A stretch of DNA of 64,000 nt from Mobula hypostoma (taxonomy: Eukaryota), in the NCBI RefSeq assembly GCF_963921235.1, contig NC_086097.1, positions 25,050,001-25,114,000 of the forward strand, written 5' to 3'. The notes under the pieces were generated by a model that was given only the letters and a program-made list of their open reading frames with translations, was not told the DNA's origin and ran no database searches. Positions 48,105 to 62,692 of this stretch are shown in pieces. Both the position numbers and the translations under genes were made by a program. Position 1 is the first letter of the stretch. Each line of letters opens with the position of its first letter.

Positions 48105-48820
48105 AGTATAATTTGGGCATCTACTTACAGGAAAGTTAACAACAAGATTTTAAGAGTGCAGAGAAAATCTACAAGGATGTTGTCAGGACTTGAGGACCTG
48201 AGTTATAGGGAAAGGTTGAATAGATTTGGAATTTATTCTCTGGAGTGTGGGAGAATGGGGGGAGATTTGATATGCAAGTCACGAGGGGTATAGAAAGTAA
48301 ATGTAAGCAGGGTTTTTCACTGAGGTTAGGTAAGACTGGAACTAGAGGCTATAGTTTAAGGGTGAAAGGTGAAATATTTAAGGGGACCATAAGGGGTAAT
48401 TTCTTTACTTAGAGAAGAGGGGAGATTTGACACAGGTATATAAAATTATAAGGGGTATAGATTGGGTAAATACAACCAGGCTTTCTCCACTGAAGTTGGG
48501 TGAAATTAGAACTAGTGGTCATGGATTAAAGGTGAAAGGTGAAATACTTAAGGAGTACATGAGGGGGAAACTTCTTCACTCTGTGAGTAGTGAGAGTGTG
48601 GAATGAGCTGTCAGTGGAAGATGCGAATGCGGGATTGATTACAAAATTTAAGAGAAGTTTGGATAAGTACATGGATGGGAAGAGAATGGAGGGCTATGGG
48701 TCCAGGTGAAAGTCATGGGGACTAGGTAGAGTAACAATTTGACACAGACTAGATGGGCTGATGGGCCTGTTTCCATGCTGTAGTGTTCTATGACTCTATG
48801 ACACTGATCATTTGTGGCTG
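48105..48820 (+). mobile_element. CR1 3' end with internal ~155-bp tandem duplication
   Basis: gggagatttga..ggggtatag..actag..ggtgaaaggtgaaata occurs twice; (ctatgact)n tail. Confidence 0.85.
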
Positions 48821-49468
48821 GTATAGCTGAGGCATCATCCACTCTCCAGCCCCACACACCAGATACTAAATATTTAAACTGTAACAAGAGCCACAAACTT
48901 ATGACCCGGCCTCTTCTTGCTGGACTCATCACAGGAGTCTGCCTTGTCTTCATGCACTCCAGACAAGAAATTATCTTCTGACATCAACAGGAATCTCTTC
49001 ATCCAGAGCAGAACCTCCCTTGGCCATTTACATTATCTTCAATGGAAGAGGTAGATCAGAAGCTGGCGTGGAGTGCTTATCACACATTACCCGCTGTTAA
49101 ATTGTGCTGAAGAATCGTTTTTTAAAGGTGTGAAGAGTAAAGCCTCTGGCTATTATTTAGTAAACACATTCTCCATTTAGGCTGAAGCATGCTGAGATGA
49201 ACAATTGTGCGAATTGAAAATTTTACAGCTTCCACCACTGGCACTGAGAAATAGTTTTTTTCTGTAGCAACTGGCACACATTTCTCATGTTGGTAAATAC
49301 AAAAGAAAATAAATTGAGAGGATTGTGCTTTTGGAGAGGCTTTTAGTGCCTGCCGTTGTCTTGCATGCAATGGATGGGAGCACATTTGATTAATGCTCCC
49401 AGACACCCTGCTTGATGTGAGGTAAGTCACCATTCATTAGAGCTGCTGGGAAAACTTGCAGTTCTCAC

Positions 49469-49606
49469 TTGGTTTTATGGCCTAATACTTGTCCTTTTCT
49501 GCGGGAGACTTTCTTCCACTCGTGGGCCTGCCGAATTCTCGTATTCCATTTGCTTCTGTGGTTCCAGGAGGCTGGTTTCTTCGCCTGTTGCTGCTGCCAC
49601 TTGATG
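49469..49606 (-). CDS. Candidate internal exon of an unidentified minus-strand gene
   Basis: Unique sequence; branch-like ctgat plus cacttttcgttacag acceptor; AA|gtgag donor; 138-nt phase-2/2 frame IKWQQQQAKKPASWNHRSKWNTRIRQAHEWKKVSRRKGQVLGHKT. Confidence 0.45.
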
Positions 49607-49914
49607 CTGTAACGAAAAGTGCAACCTTGATCAGTGATCCACCTGCAGATGAGAATTAAAGACACCATATCTACAAACCCACCCACCAGCCCACCTGACC
49701 CAAACACTATCAACTTAAAGACCTTACTCTTATGAACATAGAAGAAAACAGCATAGGAACAGACCCAGTGTCTGTGTTGAACACAATGTCCAATTAACAC
49801 AAATGAACACAAGTGATTCTGTAAATATTGGATATCTAGAGCAACACATATAAACATGCGCAAGTCAGGCAGCATCTATGGAGGGAATGAAGAGTCACCC
49901 CATGGCCACATAGA

Positions 49915-52110
49915 AACAGAGAAACATAGAAAATCTACAAACATTACAGGCTCTTCAGCCCACAATGTTGTGCCAACCATGTAACCTACTCTAGAAACTG
50001 CTTACAATTTCCATACTGCATAGCCCTCTGTTTTTCTAAGCTCCATGTACCTATCTAAGAGTCTCTTAAAAGACCCTTTTGTATCCGCCTCTACCACTGT
50101 CACTGGCAGTGCATTCCATGCACCCAACACTCTCTGTGTGAAAAACTTACCTCTGACATCCCCCTTGTACCTACTTCCAAGCACCTTAAAACTATGTCCC
50201 CTCATGTTAGCCATTTCAGCCCTGGGAAAAAAACCTCTGGCCATCCACACAACCAATGCCTCTCATCATCTTATGCACCTCTATCAGGTCACCTCCTTTC
50301 CTCCGTCACTCCAAGAAGAAAAGGCCAAGTTCACTCAACCTATTAGCAACGCTCTCAACTTGCGCAGCAGCTTTTAGTGTCGTATGGACACGACCCCAAC
50401 ATCTTGCTGATCCTCCACACTGCCAAGAGACTTACCATTAATATTATATTCTGTCTTCAAATTTGACCTACCGAAGTGAACCTCTTCACACTTGTAAGAC
50501 CATAAGATATAGGAGCAGAAGTAGGCCATTCGGCCAATTGAGTCTGCTCTGACTTTCAATCATGGGCTGATCCAATTCTTCCAGTCATCCCCACTCCCCT
50601 GCTTTCTCCCCATACCCTTTGATGCCCTGGCTAACCAAGAACCTATCTATCTCTGCCTTAAATGCACCCAATGACTTGGCATCCACAGCCACTCGCAACA
50701 ACAAATTCCACAGATTTACCACTCTCTGACTAAAGTAATTTCGCCACATCTCTCTTCTAAATGGACATCCTTCAATCCTGAAGTCATGTCCTTTTGTCCT
50801 AGACTCCCTTACCATAGGAAACAACTTTGCCAAATCTAATCTGTTCAGGCCTTTTAACATTCGGAATGTTTCTATGAGATCTCCCCTCATTCTCCTGAAC
50901 TCCAGGGAATACAGCCCAAGAGCTGCCAGATGTTCCTCATACAGTAACCCCTTCAATCCTGGAATCATTCTCGTGAATCTTCTCTGAACCCTCTCCAATG
51001 TCAGTATATTCTTTCTAAAATAAGCAGCCCAAAACTGCACACAATACTCCAAGTATGGTCTCATGAGTGCCTTACAGAGCCTCAGCATCATATCCCTGCT
51101 CTTATATTCTATACCTCTAGAAATGAATGCCAACATTGCATTTGCCTTCTTCACCACCGACTCAACCTGGTGGTTAACTTTCAGGGTATCCTGCACAAGG
51201 ACTCCCCAGTCCCTTTGCATCTCTGCATTTTGAATTCTCTCCCCATCTAAATAATAGTCTGCCCATTTATTTCTTTCACCAAAGTGCATGACCATACATT
51301 TCCAACATTGTATTTCATTTGCCAGTTCTTTGCTCATTCCCCTAAACTATCTAAGTCTCTCTGCAGGCTCTCCGTTTCCTCAACACTACCCGCTTCTCCA
51401 CCTATCTTTGTATCATCAGCAAACTTAGCCACAAATCCATTAATCCCATAGTCCAGATCATTGACATACATTGTAAAAAACAGCAGTCCCAACACCGACC
51501 TACGTGGAACTCCACTGGTAACCAGCAGCCAGCCAGAATAGGATCCCTTTATTCCCAGTCCCTGTTTTCTGCCAATCAGCCAATGCTCCACCCATGCTAG
51601 TAACTTCCCTGCAATTCCCTGGGCACTTATCTTGCTAAGTAGCCTCATGTGTGGCACCTTGTCAAAGGCCTTCTGAAAATCCAAGTACACCACATCTACT
51701 GCATCTCCTTTGTCAAATCTGCTTGTAATTTCCTTATCTGGGTTGAACTCCATCTGCCACTTCTCAGCCTAGTTCTGCATCCTATTGATGACCCACTGTA
51801 ACCTCTGACAACCCTCCAGACTATCCACAACAACTCCACTTTTGTATCATCAGCAAACCTACTAGTCCACCCTTCTACTTCTTCATCCAAGTCATTTATA
51901 AAAATCACAAAGTGAGGGGTGCCAGAACAGATCCCTGTGGAACACCACTGGTCATCGACCTCCACACAGAATACAAACCATCCACAACCATCCTTTGCCT
52001 TCTGTGGGCAAGCCAATTCTGGATCCACAAAGCAAGGTCTCCTTGGATCCCATGCCTCATTACTTTCTGAATGAACCTCACATGGGGATCCTTACCAAAT
52101 GACTTACTGA
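49915..52110 (-). mobile_element. Nested CR1 cluster; youngest copy 50495-51730 encodes RT and C-terminus
   Basis: ORFs 50585-51337 and 51334-51753 (YLDFQKAFDKVPH, KFADD); the older host CR1 is split at 50490/51735. Confidence 0.92.
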
Positions 52111-52479
52111 TATAAATGGGAGGGAGAGATAGTTTTTCTCTGGGTACACCATACAAACAGCGGTGGGAATGGAAACCCGATCTTACAGCAGGTGCTGTAA
52201 AGCACTGTGCTAACCCCTTTGCTACCATGCTACCCAGTAATTAAACCCGGAGCTGGCACATTCTTGTGGAAGTCAAATGTATTTCTCCCACTGGCAGCCC
52301 TGAGACTTAACGGGCATTGGCTAAAGTTCAAAGCTCAAAGTAAATTTCTGTCAAAGTACGTATATGTCACCATATACTACCCTGAGATTTTTTTTGCAAA
52401 CATTCATAGTAGAATAAAGAAATACAATAGAATCAATTGAAAACTACACACAAACAAACACGAGAAAATCTGTAGATGC

Positions 52480-53710
52480 TGACCCTGACCTCATACAACA
52501 TGAAGACTCTAGAGAGGCTGGTCCTACTCACCTCTGACCCATCATCAGATCAGCCCTCGATCCCCTGCAGCTTGCCTACCAGGAGCACGACGATGCCGTC
52601 ATCTACCTGTTGAACAGAGCCTACTCCCATTTGGATAAGAAGGGCAGTACTGTGAGGATCATGTTTCTTGGTTTCTCAAGTGCCTTCAATACCATACAGT
52701 CATCATTGCTGGGGGGAAAAGCTCCATTCATTGCAGGTCCGCACTTCCATTGTATCCTGGATAATGGACTACCTGACTTGCAGACCACAGTTTGTGGAGC
52801 TTCAGAGCTGTGTGTCAGACATGGCTATAAGCAGCACTGGGTGTATTGGCCCCCTTCCTGTTTACCCTGCATACCTCAGACTTTAGATACAACACTGAGT
52901 TGCGTCATCTGCAGAAATCCTGTGATGACTCAGCAATAGTTTAGTGTATAAATGGAGGATAGGAGGATGGGTCCTAACGGAGGACTTTATCAAATGGTCC
53001 AAGCTAAATCATCCACAGCTCAACATCAGTAAGACAAACGAGATGGTGATGGACTTTAGGAAGTCTAAGCCTGCACTGGTCCCTGTTACTATTGACGGTG
53101 AGGACATGGATGTGGTGAACACCTACAACTATCTGAGGGTGCACTTGGATGACAGACTTGAGTGGAGCACCAATGCAGAGGGCCGGAGTCGCCTCTACTT
53201 CCTGAGTAGACTGAGGTCCTTTGGAGTATGCCTCTCCTTCACATGTTCTACCAGTCTGTTGTCCCCAGTATAATCTTCTATGCAGTGGTGTACTGGGGCA
53301 ATGGGTGATGCCAACAGGCTCAATAAACTGATTAGAAAGGCTGGCTCTGTTATAGGAGTCAAACTGGACATACTGGAGGCTGTGGTACAACAAAGGGGCC
53401 CATGGAAAATCCTGGTAATTCTGGACAATGTTACTCACCCTCTGCATGCCATCTTGGCCAAACAGAAGAGCACTTTTAGTAATAGACTAAGACAACTGCG
53501 CTGCTCCAAAAAGCGCTATATGAGGTCTTTCTTACCCTCGGCCATTAGGCTCTATAATGAGTCAACCTATAGCTGGGGAAGTGATGACCCCCTCCTGTTA
53601 GACTGTTTGAGGTAACTTTTTTTCTATTCTTTCTCACTTCTCTTCTAATATTTGTGAATTTGTAGAGACTCTAATTTCCTTTGGGATCAATGAAGTATCT
53701 ATCTATCTTA
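52480..53710 (+). mobile_element. Rex1/Babar LINE RT and 3' end
   Basis: AYSHLDKKGSTVRIMFLGFSSAFNTI, LNISKTNEMVMDFRK, RYMRSFLPSAIRLYN; (tatc)n tail. Confidence 0.9.
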
Positions 53711-53715
53711 TTCCA

Positions 53716-53892
53716 AAGCAACACACAAAAGATGCTGGAGGAACTCAGCAGGCCAGGCAGCAGCTATGGAAAAGAGTACAGTCGATGTTTCGAGCTGAGA
53801 CCCTTCATCGGGTTCTGGCCCGAAATCTCAACTGTTTACTCTTTTCCATAAACACTGCCTGGCCTGCTGAGTTTCTCCAACATTTTGTGTAC
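53716..53892. mobile_element. Fold-back PLE-tail element
   Basis: Inverted arms joined at cccttcatc|gggttctggcccgaaa (hammerhead region). Confidence 0.8.
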
Positions 53893-55876
53893 ACAAAAAC
53901 AAAGACTGAGACCAATCAAGAAAAAGAAGACAAATAAAAAAAAGTAATAATAATAATAATAATAGTAATAATGTAAATAAATAATACTGAGAACATGAGT
54001 TGTAGAGTCCTTGAAAGTGAGTCCATAGGTTGTGTTCAGTAATCAGTTCAGTGTTGTGGGGAATGAAGTTATTCAGGTGTCTGATTGTTGCAGAGTAATA
54101 ACCATTCCTGAACCTGGTGGTGTAGGACCCAAGGTTCTTGTACCTCCTTCCCAATGGCAGCAGCGTGAAGAGAGCAACCCTACCACTCCTGCACTTTACA
54201 AAGGAAAAGTACTGGGTACCAGTAATGGTAAAAAGGAGCAACGCCACGGTAGTTCACTTCAAACAAAGTATAATCTGCAAATAACTGGTGTTACACAAAG
54301 AAGAGTTAAACTATTTCTTCATAAGACCTTGGCTCCTATACGTTATATATTGTGCAATACTTCACAGTCTCACCGGGAGTTCTCAGTTATCCTCCTACCA
54401 CACTCTGCCACGTCCAATCATCTCTTCACAAAAGGTTTTCTGCTTGAATGGTAATTTTAGATAAATATTTAAATCACTGTTGTTTCCGCTTTCATTCTGT
54501 CTTCATTTGACACCGGACAGGATGCTCTGCTAACACCATAACTTCTTAATGAATAGTGCAAGATAATAAGCCCATAGAAATGCAAACAAAGCCCAAGGTT
54601 TATGTCCAAAGAGTAAGAACTAACGAGCATGGGAGTTACGTTAAATCTGTATAGAAACTTGACTTGATAACACTGGGGTAACAGAGATAATTCGAAAAAG
54701 ATGTAGTCATAGAGAAAAAGACCACTTGCCCCATCATACCCATGCTGACCTTTTCACCCGTCTGCAATAATCCCATTACTGCCTTCGGTCCTTATTCTAC
54801 TATGTCTTGTCTATTCATGTATCTGTCTAAATATCTCTTAAATGTAGCGATTGTATCTGAAGTTGTATCTTTAAACGGAGATGCCTCAAAAAGGCAGATC
54901 CATCATTAAGGACCCCCACCTTCATGTTCATTTCTACCATCAGGGAGGATGTACAGGAGCCTGAAGACACACACTCAACGTTTTAGAAACGGGTTCTTCC
55001 CCTCCACCATCAGATTTCTGAATGTACAATGAATCCATGAGCACTATCTCATTTTTTGCACTACTTATTTAATATATATTTCACTGTAATTTATAGCATA
55101 TTTTATGTATTGCACTGTAGTAATGCCACAAAACAATATATTTCATGACGTCTCACCAGTAATAAACCCAATTCTGATTCCGAATCCAACACTTCCTCTG
55201 GCAGCATGTTTCAGCTATCGGCCATTCTGTGTAAATTGTTTTCCCCTCAATCCCCTTTAAAATTCCTTCCTCTCTCCCAAGCCCTCTTGTTTCAGAAAAA
55301 GATTCAGACCATCTACTTTTCCGATGCCTCTTATAACATTATATACCTTAAAATTCTATATCGAAACAATATCCAACGATTATACACAGCATAAAAGGAT
55401 AAGTATATTTACGTTAAGAAAATAGTTTGAAGCAGCATCACAGGTAGACACCCATCCCCTTCCAATTTCCTAACATCTCTCTCCCCCTCCCATCCACCTT
55501 CCCCCTCACCTAGTTTTACCTATCACCTGCCAACTAGTATTCCTTCCCCATCTCCTAACTTCTTATTCTGGCTTCTTCCCCCTTCCTTTCCAGTCCTGAC
55601 AAAGGTTCTTGGCCCCAAACGTCGACTGTTTACTCTCCTTCAGATGCTGCCTGATCTTTCGAGTTCCTCCACCATTTTGTGTGTGCTACTCTGGATTTCC
55701 AGCATCTGCAGAATCTCTTGTGTTATGTATTTATGGGAAAGTTGAATAAGCACATTGAAAAGAATGAAAGAAAGGGTTGCCAGTGGGGTTAGGGCCATAG
55801 AAAGCTTGTGTGCAAAATAAACTCCAGTACAAAGGCTTGGTGTAAATAAATGATTCTCCTCTGTAAATGCTACCTA

Positions 55877-56235
55877 CACTCAGTGGCCACTTTATTAGGT
55901 ACATCTGTACACCTGGTCTTTAATACAAAGACCTACTCAGTCAATCATGTGGCAGCAACTCAATTATTAAAGCATGCAGACATGGTCAAGAGATCTGGCT
56001 GTTTTCATACCAAACATCAGAATGGGGAAGAAATATGATCTAAGTGACTTTGACTGTGGAATGATTGTTGGTGCCATATGGGGTAGTTTGGGGATCTCAG
56101 AAACTGCTGATTTCCTGGGACTTTCACGTACAACAGTTTCTAGAAATTACAAAGAATAGTGTAAGAAACAAAAATAATTCAGTGAGCATCAGTTCTGTGG
56201 GAAAAAATACCTTGTTAGCGAGAGAGATCAGAGGA
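55877..56235 (+). mobile_element. Tc1-like derivative 5' end
   Basis: ta|cactcagtggccactttattaggtac TIR; MGKKYDLSDFDCGMIVGA..ISETADFLGLSRTTVSRNYKE. Confidence 0.85.
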
Positions 56236-56429
56236 TGAGGCATATGGATTAATTTTTCGTAAGTCCTATTGTATCTCTTTTTTTGTGGAAATGCGTGCAA
56301 GAAAATGTTAAATTTTTATTTTATTTACAAGCCCATGGCACGCTCCCCCAATTACATCCATGTGATCAATTAAACTACTAACCTGTATGTCTTTGCAATC
56401 TGGGAGGAAACCTCAGTATCCAGAAGTAA

Positions 56430-59032
56430 CAAGTTGGGTGGACAAAAGAGAGGCAGTGGATGTAACTTACTTTGACTTTAAGAAGGCGTTTGATTAGGTG
56501 CCACACATGAGGCTGCTTAACAAGATAAAATCCTATGGCGTTACAGGAAAGATACTGGCATGGATAGTGGAATGGCTGACAGGCAGGAGGCAGAGAGTGG
56601 GGATAAAGGGGGCCTTTTCTGGTTGGCTACCAGTGAATAGTGGTGTTCCTCAGAGGTCAGTATTGGAACCGCTGCTTTTCACATTGTTTGTCAATGATTT
56701 AGATAATGGAATTGATGGCTTTGTGGCAAGTTTACAGATGATATGAAGATAGGTGGAAGGGTAGTGTTACGTACCCCGTAACTGGGTTGCCAAACCAGCA
56801 GAAATGGATCACTCAGTTGGAGTCTGGAGTACTAGAACTAAGAAAGTTTTATTAAAGAAACAAGCAACACAGTAATCGAAAGGATAATAAATGCAACAGT
56901 TCAGTGATGATAAACACACATGTGCACAGAATTAAGATAACAGCATCAATCAAGCTCTATCGTTGTCTAGGGGTAAATGACCAATTTCAAAATGACTCAA
57001 AGTTCAGTCCAGTTTAGTAGTTCAGTTCGCAGTAATCGTTGTCATGGCGGTGGACAACGTGGGGGAAGAGAGAGATAGAATAGGAACAACTCATCATTCA
57101 GAACGGCTTCACTCACAGACCAGCGGGATGGCTCACAGACCAGCGAGATGGCTCACAAACAGCTTTTGGGCGGGTCCTTGGTGATGTCACCTGAGGTCAC
57201 CGACTGTGACCCCTCCTCCAGATGCGGTCGATCCTCTGCAGTGAACCCGGCACCCAGGCAAGGGCGGACACACACCGGGTTCCCGCTGATCGTACCTTTC
57301 CACCCTGGTCGTTGTCTGGCACTTCTCACCCACTCGTGAGAAGCGTACCGCTTCCAGGGTCTCGTTACCTCGGGTGGCGTGTGTGTCTGTCTTAGCGAAC
57401 CTGTCCCTTTTTATCCCCCTGCTGGGGTATCGCCTGTCCATCACTTCAAACAGTTCAGGGTTCAAAGGGGGGAGCCGCTCCAGACAGCTCTTCCTCCCAC
57501 ATCCCTTCATTACACATCTCCAGACGCTGCTCCATTGTTCCTTATCTCTCCTTCCCCTGAGGGCAGGTGGCAGACCAACTGCTGATGCCACTGATGCTAG
57601 CCCAGGCCAGCAAACATCTTAATTTTATGTGTATTCTCGTAACAGTAGGTAGTGCTAAGGAAGCAATGTGATTGCAGCAGGACTTAGACGAATTGGAAGA
57701 ATGGGCAAAAAAGTGACAGATGGAATACAGTGTTGGAAAATGTATGATAATGCATTTTGGTAAAAGGAACAACAATGCGGACTATTATCTAAATGAGGAG
57801 AAAGTTCAACCATCAGCGGTGCAGAGGGACTTAGGAGTCCCAGAAGGTTAATTTACATGTTGAGTCTGCGGTAAAGAAGGCAAATGCAATATTGGCATTT
57901 ATTTCATAGAATATAAGACTAAGAAGATAATGCTGAGCCTTTATAAGACACCAGTTAGGCTGCACTTGGAGTATTGTCAACAGTTTTAGAAACATAGAAA
58001 ACCTACAGCACAATACAGGCCCTTTGGCCCACGATGCTGTGCTGAACATATCCTTACTTTAGAAATTACCTAGAGTTACCCATAGCCCTCTATTTTTCTG
58101 AGCTCCATGTACCTATCCAGGAGTCTCTTAAAAGACCCTATTGTATCCGGCTCCACCACTGTCACCAGCAGCCTATTCCATGCACTCACCACTCTCTGTG
58201 TAAAAACTTACCCCTGATATCTCCTCTGTACATACTTCCAAGCACCTTAAAACTGTGCCTTCTTGTGCTAGCCATTTCAGCCCTGAGAAAAAGCCTCTGA
58301 CTATTGACATGATCAATGCCTCTCATTATCTCATACACCTCTATCAGGTCACCTCTCATCCTCTGTTGCTCCAAGGAGAAAAGGTCTTCACTCAACCTAT
58401 TCTCATAAGGCATGCCGCCCCCCCCCCCCCAATCCAGGCAACATCCTTGTAAATCTCCTCTGCACCTTCTCTATGGTTTCCACGTCCTTCCTGTAGTTTT
58501 GGGCCCCATATCTCAGAAAGGATGTGTTGTCATTGAAACCTTCCTGAGGAAGGTTTACTAGAATGATTCCAGGAATGAAGGGGTTAACATATGAGGAGCC
58601 TTTGGCAGCTTTGGGTCTATACTCACTGGAATTTAGAAGAATGCGGGAAGGATTTCATTGAAAAACCTACCAAATGTTGAAAGGACTAGATAGGGTGGAT
58701 GTGGAGAGGATGTTTCCTATGGTGGGAGCTTCCAGAACTACAGGGCACAGCCTCAAAATTGAGGGGCAATCCTTTAGAAAAGAGGTAAGGAGAAATATCG
58801 TTTAGCCAGGGAGTAGCGAATCTGTGGAATGCTGTGCCACAGACTGTGGTGGAGACCAAGTCCATGGGTATACTTAAGGCAGAAGTTAATAGTTTCCTAA
58901 TCAGTCAGGGCATCAAAGGATATGGCGAGACCGCAGGAGTATGGGGTTGAGTGGAATCCAGGATTAGCCATGATTGAATGGTGGCGCAGACTTGATGGGC
59001 TGAATAGCCTAATTCTGCTCCTCTGTCTTATG
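56430..59032 (+). mobile_element. CR1 RT/3' end interrupted by a solo LTR and an antisense CR1 (57988-58495)
   Basis: VPHMRLLNKIKSYG..SGVPQRSVLEPLLF; continues after 57648 and after 58500. Confidence 0.9.
56765..57644 (-). mobile_element. Solo LTR (880 bp), Gypsy-like
   Basis: TGTTACG...CGTAACA termini; 4-bp TSD gtag at 56761-64 and 57645-48; AATAAA on the minus strand near 56850; internal 20-bp tandem ctcacagaccagcg.gatgg. Confidence 0.9.
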
Positions 59033-59034
59033 GT

Positions 59035-62000
59035 CACCCGGAGGAAACCCACACAGTCATGGAGACAATGTACAAACCCCTCACCAAGAGCGGTGGGAAT
59101 TGAACCCAGGCCGCTGACATTTTAACAGTGTTACATTAACCCACTACTCTACTGTGACACACTTAAAGCAAATCAAATTAGCGAGGATTGTGCCGGGGCA
59201 GCCCTCAAGTGTCAACATGCTTGTAGCACTTTCATTGCATGCCCACAACTCACCAACTCTCACCCTCATTGCAATTCTTTGGAATGTGAGAGAAAACTGG
59301 AGCACCTGGAGGAATCCCATCTCACCACAGAGAGAAAGTACAAACTCCTCACAGAGAGCTGTGGGGATCGAACCCAGGTTGCTGGTGCTGTAGTAGCATT
59401 AAGCAAACTCCCAAATGACTCTCAAGGTAATTTGTGGTAACATATACATACTTCGATAATAAATTTACTTTGGACTTTCCACAGGGGACGTTGAATGCCC
59501 ATTGTATACAAATCTGCAGGTCCATTGGAGGCTGGAGACAGCCTGTCCCGGAGTTCTGTGGTCGAAGGACTGTGTGGGTGGGAGGGAAGAACGAGGCTTG
59601 TTTTGCTGTTGTTGTTTTGTGCTGACTATGTTCTGTGTTCCTCTGCTAAGTATTGTGGGTGTGCTATGTTGACACTGGAATGTGTGGCAAAACTTTCGGG
59701 CTTAGGTGTGTTGGTTGTTAATGCAAACAATATATTTCACTGCATGTTTCGATGTACACTTGATAAATAAATGAATCTGAATCTGGAAAATGCATCTGTT
59801 TCTCCAAGGTGCAAGATGATGATTTACAATCCCCAAACATCCACGCTGAAACACACTGCGCAAGACCAAAGAGGGAGCTAACTTGTACAACACCTCATTG
59901 CAATAAGTGCTAACAGAACAAAGGAAATCAGGGAAGCCCTAAATTGCATTACAGTCAGTGAAGTGTTCCAGAAGTGTAGTCATGGTGGTTAAACAGGGAA
60001 TGCTAGGATTGATTATAAAAGAGATAATACCGGAACACTTGGAAAGGATTGACTGGATTGGATAAGGTCAGCATGGCTTTATGAAAGGGAACCCATGCTT
60101 ACCAGATCGCGTGGAGTTGTCTGGTGATGTGACCAGCAATATAGACATGAGCAAACGTTACATATACAAGTGCTCCAGGTTAACTGTGGAATGCTATGTT
60201 GGTGCCGGATTGTGAATGACAACCGTGGGTTACCCCCAGCAGCTCCTTATATTGTATTGGTTGTTAACACAAATGACACACTGCACTGTATATTTTTATG
60301 TATAGGCAATAAATGAATCTGAATCTGAACTTTGAGCAATAAGTACTGGTATTTGCTACTCCAGTAGTTTTATCTGAATCCAAGCCCTCCTCACATGAGG
60401 CACTGTATTCCAGGATCCTCTGCTTCATCTCGTGCTGAGTTAAAGGCAGTTCCCATCACTTTCAGGAACCATTCATTTGTGGGATGTGGACATTGTAGAC
60501 ATCATGAGGGCAGCACAGTAGCACAGCAGTTAGCATAATGCTGTTATAGTGCCATCGACCCGTGTTCACTTCTGTCTGTAAAGAGTTCGCACATTTCCCC
60601 CGTGACCACATGGGCTTTCTCCTGTATTCTGAAGACAATAGGTGGTTTGTAGGTTAATAGGTCACATGAGACTAATTTGGAAGGTGTGGGCTTATTGGAC
60701 CTGAAGGGCCTGTTCCTGTGTTATATCTCTAAATCACTGACAAAGTAAGCATTATTGTCCATAGAAAGGTGGAGATGAATCCAGGCAGCTACCACCCAAA
60801 TGCAGTTGGATCGGGATGGAAGTTTCAGGATTTTGACACAATGATGAAGGAATGGAGATATATTACCCAGTCAGTGCGCAGCAAGGGAATGTGCAGATAG
60901 TGCTGTTCCCATATGCCTGGCACCTTATTCCTCCCGATGCTAGTGGGCAGGGGTTTGAGAAGTCTTAAAGAAACCTTTCTAAGTTGCTGGAGTGTATGGT
61001 GCTTTTGGCACGCATTGTGGGCACAATTCAGTGGCAGCAGATGGCACAAATGCTCAGTGTGGTCGATGGGTCCCACACAGATGGCCCTGTTTGATGGTTC
61101 ATTATTTGATGGTGTGGAAGTCAGTGGTTAGTGCAATTAGGATTCAATTCCCACTGCTGTTTGTAAGGAGTGTGTACGTTCTCCCCATGACCGGGAGCTC
61201 CAGTTCCCACTCATGCTTGAAAGGTGTATGAGTTAGGGTTGGTAATTTGTGGGTATGCCACGTTGGCACCAAAAGCGTGGCAACTCTTGCAGGCTGCCTC
61301 CAGCACATCGTTAGACTGTGTTGCAAACGATGCACTTCACTGTATGTTTCAATATACATGTGACAAATAAAGCTAACCTTTCTCTTTAATCTACCTGTAG
61401 TTTGAGTTGCGCTCATCCAGGCATGCGGAGAGTTTACTATCATGCTTCGTGACGTTCTTGTACCACTGTTATCAGTCACTTGGATGGATGTTCTTGTACA
61501 ATAAGATGGACTCTTAGCCTCACAATCTACCTTGTTATGATCTTGCACTTTATTATTTACCTGTGCTGCACTTCTTCGATCATTTTTACACTTTCTTCTG
61601 CATTGCTATTATTTTACCTCAAAGCACTGTGTAATGATTTGATCTGTATGGACAGTATGCAAAACAAGCTTCTCACAGTATCTTAGTAATAATAACAAAG
61701 TGACAATAATAAAAAAATACTAATACCAATAAATGGTGGACTATTTTGGTTGTCAAGATAGCTGGCTTATAACCTACTCTTGATGTCAGCAACTTTGTAG
61801 GATGGTGTAGGTTAAGTTTCTGGACAATGATGGTGAAGAGCTCAACAACGTCAATCTTGTGCATTGACTCTCTCCTGCTCTTAGCTAAAGATGAGATTAA
61901 AGAAAATAATTAACTTTATTTGTCACATGTACATTGAGATATACAGTGCAATGCGTCGTTTGCATCAAATCAGCTCAGTGAGGATTGTGCTGGGCAGTCA

Positions 62001-62390
62001 GTAACTGGCACCAACACAGTATTCACACCACTCATTAACCCTAACTTGGAATGTGGGAGGAAACTAGGGCACCCAGTGGAAACCCACGTGGTCATGGGGA
62101 AAATGAACAAGCTCCTTACTGTCAGTAGCAGAATTGAACCTGGGTCGCTGGTGTAATAGCAGTTGAACAGTCTGACCAATATAATCCGAGGACATGCTTC
62201 CAGTGTCAACAAACCATGCCCACAACTCACTATCCCCAACCTGTACATCTCTAGAATGTGGGAAGAAACCAGCGCATCCAGAAGAAACCCATGCGGTCAC
62301 AGGGAGAATGCACAAATACCTTACAGACAGCTGCAAGAATCAAACCCCGGTCTTACATCTGGCCCACTGTAAAGCTAACCATGCTGCTCC
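59035..62390. mobile_element. Cluster of V-SINE/HE1-like SINEs, an old L2-like 3' end (60470-61120) and Rex/CR1 scraps
   Basis: Repeated gaggaaacccac.cagtca.gggagaa..tacaaactcc..aattgaaccc motifs; attcatttgtgggatgtgg L2-type tail. Confidence 0.65.
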
Positions 62391-62692
62391 AAATCTAGCA
62401 CTTGTATTGAACTGCAAACTAACCACTGTTTAGAAATAGAGCAAGGTTTTATTGGCAATATCACAATGCAAAAGCAGAGATTTATCCTTTCCAGAAATGG
62501 ACATACAGGGTGCATTATGGCCAGAGGCAAGGTCACGTCCAGCTCTGTAGATACCACTTACTAAAGCTGAGCTAAGCTTGCGGGTATTCTGAACAACTGG
62601 ATATACAATTGTTGGCTGTTGGCTAGAACTCAGACTAAATTTTCACAGTAAATTTGAGGCTTGTAGTTAGGGAGGAGCCTGTCCATACTTAC

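Noticed and set aside
54374..54526. Minus-strand coding exon linking the 62.7-kb and 49.5-kb candidates
   Set aside because: Has a gtgag donor in compatible phase but stop codons in all three frames; at most non-coding
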